Below the pieces are notes generated by a model, which worked only from the letters and a program-made list of their open reading frames with translations, was not told where the DNA came from and did no database searches. Shown piece after piece: positions 36,781 through 49,450 of a DNA stretch of 64,000 nucleotides; the stretch's first letter is position 1, and every line of letters starts with the position of its first letter. The stretch is from Octopus sinensis (Eukaryota), in the NCBI RefSeq assembly GCF_006345805.1, contig NC_043013.1:43214001-43278000 (forward strand). The letters are read 5' to 3'. Made by a program: the position numbers and the translations under genes.

Positions 36781-38481
36781 TTAAATTAAGTAGATGTAAT
36801 ATGTATGGCTATCCATGCAGTGAAAGGCCATACGTATTTCAACAAGACTCCACAATTTCTCACAAATCCCACGTAACGCAAGAATGGGTGCCAAATAATT
36901 TTTACAATGTCCTAACACCAAACTTGTGGCCTCCAAAGTCGTCACATTTAAATCTAATGCACCACTACATTTAAAGCATTGGTCAAGTGGGTGAGTAAAC
37001 CACATCCTCACAATACCATAGCTTAACTGAAGATCACTGTTGTCCGTGATGTCCGAAACGAATAAAGAACATGTCGTGCATGCATGTCAGTGCTGACGGG
37101 CCTTTATTGATGTAGTCTTCAAAGCCGAAAGCATATTTATAGAATATTCTCATAAGAAAGCTTATCGAGGACATTACCAATATGTCCTCAAATACCTGTG
37201 TCTGTGCAATATATGTATGTGCGTGTGCGTGTGTGTGTATGTGTATACACACACACATATATATACACACACAACACACATATATTATATATATATATAT
37301 ATAATATTATTATATCACACACACACACATATATATACACACATATATATGTGTGTGTGTGTTGGGAAGGCGCAACTGGCCCAGTGGTTGGGCAGCGGAC
37401 TCGCGGTCGTAGGATCGCGGTTTCGATTCCCAGACCGGGCGTTTTGATTGTGTTATTTAGCGAAAACACCTAAAGCTCCCACGAGGCTTCCCGGGCAGTG
37501 GGTGGTTCTGGCGATCCTGCTGTACTCTTTTCGCCGCAACTTTCCCTCACTCTTTCTTCTGTTGGCCTGCTCGCTTTAGCAGCGGGGGTGGCGTCATTTG
37601 AAGGCTTAAAACAATGAAAACAATGAACAATGTGTGTGTGTGTTAACATATACACTAGGTTACTTGTACACATACACAAACACTCAGACCAATGCGTTTG
37701 CATACACACATGATAACCGCACACATACGTACACGCACGCGTACGCACACTCGCATACATACCAGTACATGTAACGCATATCACTCCACAATGTACGCAC
37801 TGGATCATTTACACACATACATACACACATGTCCATATATTTTTCAGCTTGTTCACACATACACACTCACACATACACACTCACACACACCATTCTCACA
37901 TACACGCACATGCGAGAATAAATTCGTTCGGGCGTGTCACCGTCATTATCTCCCTTTCATTCAACCTCTTTCTTCTGGCTACTTCGCCATGTTGAACTGT
38001 TAATCCTTACTCTTTTCCTCTTTTATTTGTTTCAGTCATTTGACTGTGGCCATGCTGGAGCGCCGCCTTTAGTCGAGCAAATCGGCCCCAGGACTTAATC
38101 TTTGGAAGCCTAGTACTTATTCTATCGGCCTCTTTTGCCGAACCGCAAAGTTACGGGGACATAAACACACCAGCACCGGTTGTCAAGCGATGTTGGGAGG
38201 GACCATCACAGACACACAAACATATACACACACATACACACACACATATATATACATATATACGACGGGCTTCTTTCAGTTTCCGTCTACCACAAGGTTT
38301 TGGTCGCCCCGAGGCTATAGTAGAAGACACTTGCCCAAGGTGGTGCGCAGTGGGACTGAAGCCGGAACCACTTGGCTGGTAAGCAAGCTACTTACCACAC
38401 AGCCACTCCTACGCCATTTTTGCTTTCTGTTGTTTACTTTTTTGTATTTTTTCATTCTCTCTCCTTTTTTCCCTCTTAATC

Positions 38482-38517
38482 CTTTCTGACGAAGAACGTT
38501 GGTTCGAAACGTAAAAG
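38482..38517 (+). ncRNA. Minimal type I hammerhead ribozyme (family E), apparently intact
   Basis: CUUU CUGACGA A GAAC guug GUUC GAAA CG UA|AAAG, with palindromic ACGU stem III. It lies in a pLTR-like fragment ending in (TA)n at ~38610. Confidence 0.75.
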
Positions 38518-38608
38518 AACTTTCCACTCTTCCCGAGCGTTAAACTAATACACCTGCTTGTTGTTCCTACACTGTCTTCGTCTTTCGTTTCTCTAAACTT
38601 GAACTGTA

Positions 38609-38657
<49 letters not shown>

Positions 38658-39405
38658 TACATACACACACACACATATATATATACACATACATTACATT
38701 GTATATGCACACATATGTATACTATTATATATATATATATATATAATATAATATATAATATCTATATAGATATATAGGTGTGTGTGTGTGTTTTTGTGTG
38801 TGTGTGTGTGAAAATGAATGATTGCGCATAATTATTTCTATAACAGACAGTATTCTGCGAATACATTTTATGATGGATTAATTTTTTTTTATGTCTTCTT
38901 CATCCCCCCCCTCCTCTCTCTCTCTCTCTCTCTTCTCGCCACTTCACTTACCTTTCTGGTACTGCTGCCAATGCTGCTGATGCAGCCGTTTCCAGAATCT
39001 ATTAGACAACCATCGAGTTCTTAACAAGACATTTCTTTGGCTACAACACTAATTTAACCCGATTAAAATGTTCCGCACAAACACCCACATACATAGGCAG
39101 GGGCACTCATAGGGCTGCATATGCAAAACGCATAACAACATGCGCATGCGCATACTTTTGCACATCCACATACGTACACACTCCAGCACTGCAATTCACA
39201 TTGATTCGCATACGCACAATTCACACACACACATCATACAAACAAATACACACACACACACAGATAGGCAGACATAAATAGATCGATAGATAGATAGATA
39301 GCTATAACGTATATCTATCTAAGTCTGTTTGTAATATATATAAATGTGTGTGTGTGAGAGTATATATATATATTACATATATATATATATATATATATAA
39401 TATTC

Positions 39406-39446
<41 letters not shown>

Positions 39447-39984
39447 CATATATATATATATGTATGTATATATATGTATATATATATATAACATATATAT
39501 ATATATATATATATATTGTGTGTGTGTGTGTTTGTGTGTGTGTGTGGTGTGTGTGTATGTGTATATATTGTTGTTGGCACTCCGTCGGTTACGACGACGA
39601 GGGTTCTAGTTGATCCGATTAACGAAACAGCCTGCTCGTGAAATTGACGTGCAAGTGGCTGAGCACCCCTCAGACAAGTGTACCCTTAACGTGGTTCTCT
39701 GGGATATTCAGCGTGACACAGTGTGTTACAAGGCCGGCCCTTTGAATTACAGGCACAACAGAAACAGGAAGTAAGATTGAGAGAAAGCTGCGGGGGGAAA
39801 GAGTACAACGAGTGTGGCGTCGCTTACGCTTCCGTAACTTAACAGTTCGGCAAATATCGAAACAAAAAAACGCTAAAAGGAAAAACGTCTGTCAGTTTTC
39901 TCTTTGTCTCTGGTTTATTTACATATTTTCTTATTGTTTCTTTGTTTAGTCGTTCGATGATGAATTTGATTTCAGTTGTGTATA

Positions 39985-40810
39985 CAGTAATACCTCACTT
40001 CACGAGACCCCGGGTTCACGAGTTTTATTTTTTCAGGCACAAGATCCAAATTCTGAACGAAGGGCGAAAGTTTCTACTACCGTAGCAAATCCTTCTGCGT
40101 GTTACCGAGAAATTTATAAACAGCTTCTTCTTCTAAGCAAACAACTCCAGGGTTGTTTTTTTTTTAAAAAAGAAATCTACAAGTCCGTCTACGAGTGCTC
40201 GTGAATCGGCGATCGTGGTTATAAGTGATGGTGTCTAGTGCGTGTGAAAGTGATTCAGAAAACGATGATATCAATAATAATATTGTTTATTACACACATG
40301 TGAGTGAGAACACTTTGAGATATTTTTGGTATCTAACATATGTCAGATACTGCGAGCGCTGCTTCTGATTGGTCAATCCATGGTGATGACCGAGGTCACG
40401 GTGACAGCGCTGCTTCTGATTGTCAATCCATGTGATGACTTGAGGTCACGGTGACGGCACTACTTTTGTCATTCATAAGTTACAACTAAACGTGAAGAAT
40501 TTAGTTATTAGGTTAATAAAATATGGTCGTTTATTCGTGTGTAATAAATAAAATACCAAAATACGGTATCCATAGGGAACTCGTTTGGTATTCTCTATTT
40601 ATTATAAATAATCTTGACAATCTTTTTTACTTTACATAAAATCTTCTTTACATTCTACTATTGCCATTTATTTACGAGCATTGTTATTTTCTGGGAATGA
40701 ATTCCGATTTATGACATTGCTACTATGGGAAATTACTGCTCTGCTTTACGAGTTCTCGCTTTACGAGTGGTCTCCGGGAACACATTAACTTGTATATCGG
40801 GGCATTGCTG
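39985..40810 (+). mobile_element. Tigger/pogo-like non-autonomous DNA transposon
   Basis: TA-flanked imperfect TIRs cagtaatacctc and ggggcattgctg, with an internal ~50-bp tandem duplication at ~40350-40460. Confidence 0.6.
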
Positions 40811-41384
40811 TAGTTCTTGTACTTTGTGTTTGAGATTTTTATGAGGTCACCTATTTCTACTATCTAATGTGCATTGGGTTCTTTTTAATTATTATTATTA
40901 TATTATTATTTTATTATTATTATTATTATATTATTATTATTATTATTATTTTATTATTATTATTACTATTATATATTCTGTTATTCTTTTACTTGTTTCA
41001 GTCATTTTAATGTGTGCCATGCTGGAGCACCGCCTTTATTCCGAGCAATCGCCCCGGACTATTCTTTGTAAGCCTTATTACTTTTCTATCGGTCTCTTTT
41101 GCCGAAGCCGCTAAGTTACGGGGACGTAAACGCACCAGCATCAAGCGATGTTTGGGAGCGGGGAACACGCACACAAACATATACACACACACATACATAC
41201 ATACATATGGATCCCTCGTCGTCGTAACCGACGGAGTACCAGTTTTTTTTTTTAAGATTTTATTAGATCACTTACAAATAATTCCCGTTTTGTGTCTCGT
41301 TTAGTTCCGAATGTTAGAAGAAAAAACTAGGTGATCGTTTATCAATAGGATTGTTATCAGTAACCTATTTATTTGTTTGTTTGT

Positions 41385-41427
<43 letters not shown>

Positions 41428-44091
41428 TTCAGTCATTTACATCAGTTTTCCAATAACTGAATATGTTTCTCGTGATATGTCGGGTGTTCCCTAGATATCA
41501 ACGGAAATAAATTGGTTTATTTTCCGTAATATTTAATAAATGAAAAAGGCGGCGAGCTGGAAGAACATTAGCACGCCGGGTTGAAATGCTAAGCGGTATT
41601 TCGTCTGCCGTTACGTTCTGAGTTTAAATTCCGCCGAGGTCGACTTTGCCTTTCACCTTTCGGGGTCGATAAATTAAGTACCAGTTTACGACGCACTGGG
41701 GTCGATATAATCGACTTACTATTATTCCTTTCCTTCCTTGTTTGTCCTCTCTGTGTTTAGCCCCTTGTGGGTTAGTAAAGAATAGGTATTTTCATTTGCC
41801 GCTACGTTCTCAGTTCAAATTCCGCCTTGGTCGACTTTGCCTTTTCGCTTTCGGGATCAATCAATTAAGTACCAGTTACGCCTCGGAGTCGATGTACTAC
41901 TCGACTTAATACCTATGTCTGTCCTTGTTTGTCCCCCATCTATGTTTAGCCACTTGTGGGAAGTAAAGAATATGTATTTCGTCTTCCGCTACGTTCTCAG
42001 TTCAATTCCGTCCGCCGAGGTCGACTTTGTCTTTCATCCTTTCGGGGTCGATTAATAAGTATCCAGTTATGCACTGGGGTCGATATAATCGACTTAATCC
42101 ATTTGTCTGTCCCTGTTTGTCCCCTCTGTGTTTAGCCCATTGTGGGTAGTAAAGAATTAAGGAAATGAATTGGTTTGTCCAAATTAACTGAATCGTTAAG
42201 GCGGCGAGCTGGCAGAATGGGTAGCAGGCCGGGCGAAAAGCTTAGCGGTGTTTCGTCCGTTCTTGCATTCTGAGTTCAAATTCCGCCGAGGTCGACATCG
42301 CCTTTCATCCTTTCGGGATCAATAGAATAAGTATCAGTCAAGTACTGGGGTCGATGTAATCGACTTACCCCCTCCCCCAAATTTCCCTTCTCCCTCCTTC
42401 TCTCTTCTGTCTCTTCTTCTTCTTCTCTTCTCTCTTCTTCTTCTTCTTCTTCTTCTTCTTTCTTTCTGTCTTCTTCTTCTTCTTCTCTTCTTCGTCTTCT
42501 TCTTCTTCTTCTTCTTCTTCCCATCAGGACCACGACCCATTAGCCACAAAAGATAATCTCTAATTCGAGCCTACTCTAAGCTACTAAGAATTCGTGTGGC
42601 AACTTGAAGATCCACCCACCACACACGATAGACTGGCGGTTGCACGGGCACGAAAGTTACGTTGTTATCCTCATTCCGTAAATGGTGACTTTTTTAACGG
42701 GTGGAGAGCTGAACCATCCTGAGGTACAGAGGATTCGCAATCTAGACTAGAGTCTGAAAGTTTACCACACCATAGTTGTTTACACTATGGTTCCTCTGCT
42801 TTGTGGAAGAAGTAGGAAGAAAGAGTGAGAGAAAGTTGTGGTGAAAGAATACAGCATTGTTCACCACTACCTTCCGCCGGAGCTTCGTGGAGCTTAGGTG
42901 TTTTTGCTCAATAAACACTCACAATGCCCGGTCTGGGAATCGAAATCTCGTTCTTACGACCGCGAGTCCGTTGCCCTAACCACTGGGCCATTGCGCCTCC
43001 ATCTAGTGTTGCTGTTGTCTTCGTCGTCGTCGTCATCGTCGTTGTCATGGTGAAGTCTTTTTGCGTGTTTTAACAGTTAAACCAATGATTCTCAACTGGG
43101 ATAAATATGGCCCCTCATGGTCCGTATAAGATTCTGGTGGTCCACTCAACAAATTAGTAAATTAGGGATCCACAATAGTATCTTAAGGGCCCCTGAAAGA
43201 ATTTTGCTTTAGATGTACGTATTGGTACGTATTGTAATAGATAACTAGGTTTCTTTCTCCGAGGTTTTGCTGTGGGTCCAGTGTTACCTCATTATACACC
43301 GACGCCATTATACAACCTACACAAAGGAAATGTGTGAGAAACAAAATAGGGATTTTGAAAGAAGTATCTATAAAACTAGTTTTTAAACATCGCATGGCAA
43401 TGGGGTGGGGTTCACCAGAATAAAATGGTATTGAAAGGCGGGCGAAGTGCGTAGCTGTATTTCGTCTGCCGTTACGTTCTGAGTTCAAATTCCGCCGAGG
43501 TCGATTTTGCCTGTCATCCTTTCGGGGTCGATAAATTAAGTACCAGTTACGCACTGGGGGTCGCTGTAATCGACTTAATCCGTTTGTCTGTCCTTATTTG
43601 TCCCCTCTGTATTTAGCCCCTTGTGGGTAGTAAAGAAATAGGTATTGAAAGAGGTTCATAGATTTCTTTCAAAAAATGGTTGAGAACGTTGTTGTTGTCT
43701 TACCTACATTCTTTATTCAAGACTTCACACTCCAAATTTAGTGTATACATATGCGTAGATTCCATTCTATTCATCAGTTTAACGCCATCACCTGGGTTTA
43801 TGCTTACCTTTAAGGAAGTTCGACCTCTTAAAAGCTTCCGCAGAGGACTGCGGGTACAGTGTTACTTCACCATAAACTGACGCCACTATAAAGCCTACAC
43901 AAAGGAATGTGAAATTTTGAAAGGAGGGTAGGGTCCAGTAGAATAAGATAGTAATGGAAGAGATCCATAGAATTTAACGGTTCTGTGTGTTTCTTAAATG
44001 GCTTATAAACACCTTCCACGCTGCAATTGAGATCCATAGATGTTTTTTTTTTAATGGTTGAGAACGTTGTTGATGTTGTTGTTGTTGTTGC

Positions 44092-44125
<34 letters not shown>

Positions 44126-44678
44126 GATCCCCCAACTCAGTTCTGATCAAAACAAACCTAGACGTTGACCAATGATCAAAATCATTCCAGCCGTGACCGT
44201 CTCATTTTTATTTCTCTCATTCGTGGTATGCTTGTTGTCTCCGTAGGACTAGTTTATCGAAGGTCTCGTTCCTAACTTAAGACAGCATAGTGTAAACTTG
44301 AGAGACGAGTTCGCTGCTCTTTCTAGCACCTCGAGCGACCAATCAGATGAGCCACAGCTCTTTGATCCACAAGAAACAGATTTAAACAACGTAGGCTGAG
44401 TTGCACGGTTGCATGACTAATTCTGATTTTAGGCCAGGACTAATACAACAAAGACACTAAAAAAGTTATCTGTGGAATGACTTATTTGTAGCTTATTTGT
44501 TTATATATTTATTTATTTATTCATCTTATTTATATTATTTATTTACCCCAGATTTGCGATCGTTGATGGTCTGCCGCAATAAAAGTACGAGTTTTACGTA
44601 AATGTAAACAATATAGCAAATTCTTTTCTTTGTTAAAGAAGTCCAATGTTTGTGAAATTTTGTGTGTGTGTGTGTGTG

Positions 44679-44726
<48 letters not shown>

Positions 44727-46009
44727 TATGTGTGTGTGTGTGTGTGTAACTTTATCTATTTATCTCTGTTCTCCTTCGCGAGTGGTGGTATGTGAACCTT
44801 AGCCTAATCACTATATATATATATATATATATACACATACATACATACAAACATACATACATACATACATACATACATACATACATACATACATACATAC
44901 ATACATGTATGTATGTATACAACAGAAATTGAAAAAAAGGTTAATAAGTGCCAATGCACGTAACATCCACCTCTTGAGTCACATCGTAACTTCTGCCAAC
45001 ACACACACACACACACACACATATATAATTATATATAATTATATACGTACACACACACACCACACACACACACACACACATATATATATACACGTACACA
45101 TACACACACACATACACACACACACATATATATATATATACACGTACACACACACACATACACACACACAGAGATAGATAGAGAGAGAAAGTAATATCGG
45201 CTTCATATAACTGTACCTCAACAGATCTATATACTGATAGCCAAAGCATGTGTTCGCACGATGATTGTCTGTGGATCATCATTTGTGTAATGTAGTCCTG
45301 TTGCATATATTGCAGAGGATCTCACCTTTTCTTTGTAATAGGCATATCACGCCTTCCAGTCTCACGCCACCACCCGGGTTCCTTTAGCAAAATTCGACTT
45401 GCTGGAAGCATTCAGTCAAAATTTCCGGCACTCATGGTATTCTTTTTTTTTTCATGGGATGTTAAAAACTAAAAACTAAACTCGGTTGACAATTCTCCTT
45501 CCTCATCTCTAACATCGGCAAACTTCAACATCCGATCCAACGTAGATCCTCACCATTCATCACTTCCTATTAGCATGCAAATTACACGTCCTTTGCCTTT
45601 TTGATACCTTAATCTCATATCTCCTATCAATAGCCCAACACTTTCGTCTCACCTACATTCTTTCTTCAAAACTTCATGCTCAAATTTAGTGTATACATAC
45701 GCGTAAATTCCATTCTATTCACCAGTTTAACGCTATCACCTGGGCTTATGCTTACCTTTAACGAAGTTCGACCTCTAAAAAGCTTTCGCACAGGACTGCG
45801 GGTACACTGTTACCTCACCATATACCAACGCCATCTTTCTTTCATGAGTTGTTAAAAACTAAAACTAAAAACGATTAGCAATTCTCCCACTTCTCTAACA
45901 TCCAATCCAACATAGACCACCCTACCATACATCAAATCCTACAAGTATGCAAGCTACACATCCTGTCCCCGTCTGAAATGCAAATCTTATAATCCATTTC
46001 TGTATACCC

Positions 46010-46167
46010 AAGGAGTGGCTGTGTGGTAAGTAGCTTGCTTACCAGCCACATGGTTCCGGGTTCCGTCCCACTGCGTTGCACCTTGGGCAAGTGTCTTCCA
46101 CTATAGCCTCGGGCCGACCAAAGCCTTGTGAGTTGATTTGGTAGACGGAAACTGAAAGAAGCCTGTC

Positions 46168-46210
<43 letters not shown>

Positions 46211-46445
46211 CATATATAGGTATATATGCGTGTGTATATGTTAGTGTGTCTGTATTTGTCCCCCCCCCCAACATCGCTTGACAACCGATGATGGTGTGTT
46301 TACGTCCCCGTAACTTAGCGGTTCGGCAAGAGACCGATAATAAGTACTAGGCTTCCAAAGAATAAGTCCTGGGCTCGATTTGCTCGACTAAAGGCGGTGC
46401 TCCAGCATGGCCACAGTCAAATGACTGAAACAAGTAAAAGAGTAA
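46010..46445 (+). mobile_element. Family 2 SINE (head ggagtggctgtgtggtaag, internal microsatellite, tail ...gactgaaacaagtaaaagagt)
   Basis: Near full length. Other copies at ~1322-1682(-), 4815-5160, 13690-13900(-), 28635-28790, 38010-38415(-), 40990-41210(-), 52030-52235 and 57340-57625(-). Confidence 0.85.
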
Positions 46446-47104
46446 ATTTTGACCCGGCTTTACACTTTACTCAAAACTTCACTCCCAAATTTGATATTTA
46501 AGCATGAGTAGATTCTGGTCTTCTCACTATTCTCCTGGGTATCAGCATCAAAGATTTTCTACTAATCTCTTAATCTGACTCAAGGTTTACTTAGAGTGTT
46601 TACCCTTTTACGCCTGAAAATCTTCAACAACCAACAATTTTTCGACCATATTTCCTCCTATATTGAAGTCATATCTTAATCGATTCCTCTCCAAAATCAT
46701 CGTCTTCGTTGACTTCAATGCTCAGAATACTTCTAGGTCCTTACACTCATCTTAGACTGATGCCACATTTCTGACCCTTTTTCTGTTTCTCATCTCCAGT
46801 TCTCTTCCTGCAGACCAAATAATAATCTAATAATAAAACTTTAATAATAAAGAGCGAAGTTTAAATCTTACACTGTTGTCAGTGCAAAATAATTACCATA
46901 ACAATAAGAAGAAGAAGAATAGTAAACCTTTCTACTAAAAGCACAAGGCCCGAAATTTTGGGGGTGATGGCGAGTCGATTACATAGACCCTAGTGACGAT
47001 GTAATAATAATATGCTCCGATGCAGTACCAGGCAGTGGCTCTCATGGCTTCTGATCTTAACTGATTGGAACTGTTATCATGTACATTGTTTTGTCTTGGT
47101 ATGG

Positions 47105-47482
47105 AAGCACTCCGTCGGTTACGACGATGAGGGTTCCGGTTGATCCGAATCAACGGAACAGCCTGCTCGTGAAATTAACGTGTAAGTGGCTGAGCACTCC
47201 ACAGACACGTGCACCCTTAACGTAGTTCTCGGGGATATTCAGCGGGACACAGAGAGTGACAAGGCCGGCCCCTTGAAATACAGGTACAGCAGAAATAGGA
47301 AGTAAGAGTGAGAGAATGTTGTGGTGAAAGAGTACAGCAGGGATCACCACCATCCCGGAGCCTCGTGGAGCTTTTAGGTGTTTTCGCTCAATAAACACTC
47401 ACAACGCCCGGTCTGGGAATCGAAACTGCGATCCTATGACCGCGAGTCCGCTGCCCTAACCACTGGGCCATTGCGCCTCCAC
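47105..47482 (-). mobile_element. Family 3 SINE (tRNA-like head ggaggcgcaatggcccagtgg) with tail A
   Basis: Tail ...gaaccctcatcgtcgtaaccgacggagtgc is shared with copies at ~31600-31945, 39572-39810 and 58605-58920. Confidence 0.8.
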
Positions 47483-48699
47483 TGTCTTGGTATAAAAGAT
47501 GGGCTACAGTAAATATTCTGCTCAATACCACAGATTTGCTTGTCAGTTGTTTGACCTTAACCAGTTGACCATGTCCCTTAGTGGCTGACGATATGTGCAT
47601 CTCTGATCACAAGCAGAAGTAGTGGGGGAGCATCATAGCCATGTGTTGAGAGGGATTCTTTGGGGTTTGAATAATTCACCCCTGGAAATATGGATGGCTT
47701 GTTCAACATCCTTAAACAACCCTTATTCAGGGACCTCTTGAGCGGGATGGGTTACTCGACCAGAAGAAAATTCTAACTGGACCCCATCTGCAAGGTCATG
47801 TGCTATTTATCTTGATATGATATCACCATGTCACGCACATATGGTAGTGATGCAAATACCTGGTGTACCTTTATCAGATGTGTAGTTATGATGGGTATAC
47901 TGGGCTTCGTATATTTGTACCCCAGTGTCACTTTGATGGCATGCACTGCTCTCTCACTCAATATTCATAATAATAACTTCACATTTTGACTTAAGGTCAG
48001 AAGTTTTAGGGGAAGAGACAATTTGGTTACATCAACTACAACGCTCAAGTGGCACTTATTTTGTCAACCCCCAAAGGATGAAAGGTAGGGATGACCTCGT
48101 CGAGATTTGAACTCAGATTGTTAAGATCCAGAACAAATGCCACCAAGCATTTTGTCTGATGCACGATTCTCCCAGTTCACCGCCTTAATATTGAAGATGA
48201 TGATGATGATGATGATTTGCTTGTTAGCACAAGGAATCAAGAACAATGAAGACAATACAAAGTACAGGGTCCAACACAGTGGTAGGAGTTGGTTCATAAA
48301 AAACGTGTAAAAAGAAAATAAAAAAGCAAGAGATAACAAAAAGTGCTGACAAGCAAAAGTCCTTAAAAGAGAGACAGTTAGCAAGAGCTTATCAAGCCAC
48401 CCTACAGAACTTTGATTAGCCTGATCGTACATTCGCTTAGCTCTCATTTTCGAGTCTACAGATGCATGCTTAGAGCAACCCTAATCTCTGGGCCTGTTTC
48501 GTTGCATTGATCTACCTGTCGATACATCTAATAGGAATAGGACAGCCCATCCTGCTTCTCTATTGATTTGTTCATTCCTTTCATTCGCATCCACCATACA
48601 ACGCCCTTCACAATAGCTACCAGACAGATTAAAAATTTCTCTACTGTTACTGAGCTGAAGAAACAAATGGGAGATGATTTTCTTCGTGGATCCGGTTGA

Positions 48700-49450
48700 T
48701 AGCTAGATCAGTCCTACACACAGCGGAAGAACGTTGCTGATGGCCTGTGCACTATAGAGAGCGAAGATCTGGAATCAGAGTGTGTCAGCATGTTTTGTAT
48801 ATACGTCGTTTGTATATTTTAGTAGTTGGAATGTCTGATGTATTCATTGCTCTGAATAGTATCTATATTTATTGCTCTGAATATGGCTTGGTTTATTAGT
48901 TTCTTAAAATACCTGTTGTCGATTAGGGTGTTTGTCGCATTCCGTGAATTTCGATAGTTTGTGTTTCTTTTGTAGAGGAGAATCTAAATTCTCTGCAAGG
49001 CAAAAGAAAAGTTCGCTACTGACATTTTCTGTCTATATGAATATTCGCTGTCTCTTCATAAAACGTATCTTTTCACATTTTGGGTGTAAACAAGAGTGAT
49101 ATAGCTGTTGTTTCCTCTCTCTCTCTAGCTGCTTCTGTCAAGAAATGAAATTATTTTATTGCTGTAAATTTTATGTGTATTGTTATTGAATTTTAACATT
49201 GAGTGGTTCTCATGGTTTTAAATTTATGGACGTCTTCCAATGTGTCTATCATGTCGACTATGATGTATATTATAAGTTTATATCTTGGTACCATTTTGTT
49301 TTCTATTGTGACCTCGTAAATACCATGAATATGGGACCCAAGAGAACACCTATGGCTATTTTATCAGTAGTTTATATATTTTGCCAAGTGAATACCGAAC
49401 ACGTATTATAAAACGTTAATAATGTTCGTATGTCAACTGGTGCTGCAGAT
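48700..49450 (-). mobile_element. Highly degraded Penelope-like RT fragment
   Basis: Minus-strand pieces KIAIGVLLGPIF and KKLINQAIF resemble PLE RT and linker motifs; many stops. Confidence 0.35.

Noticed and set aside
37020-37140. CTGAAGA/CTGACG...CGAAA strings
   Set aside because: They could not be folded into a consistent three-stem junction.
37365-37440. tRNA-like sequences (also at 47400-47482 and 55848-55920)
   Set aside because: They are SINE heads continuous with SINE bodies and lack a proper acceptor stem.
43720-45830. ~160-bp segment duplicated at ~43720-43890 and ~45670-45830 with an open minus frame
   Set aside because: The differences appear mostly non-synonymous, so it is treated as an old dispersed repeat rather than paralogous exons.
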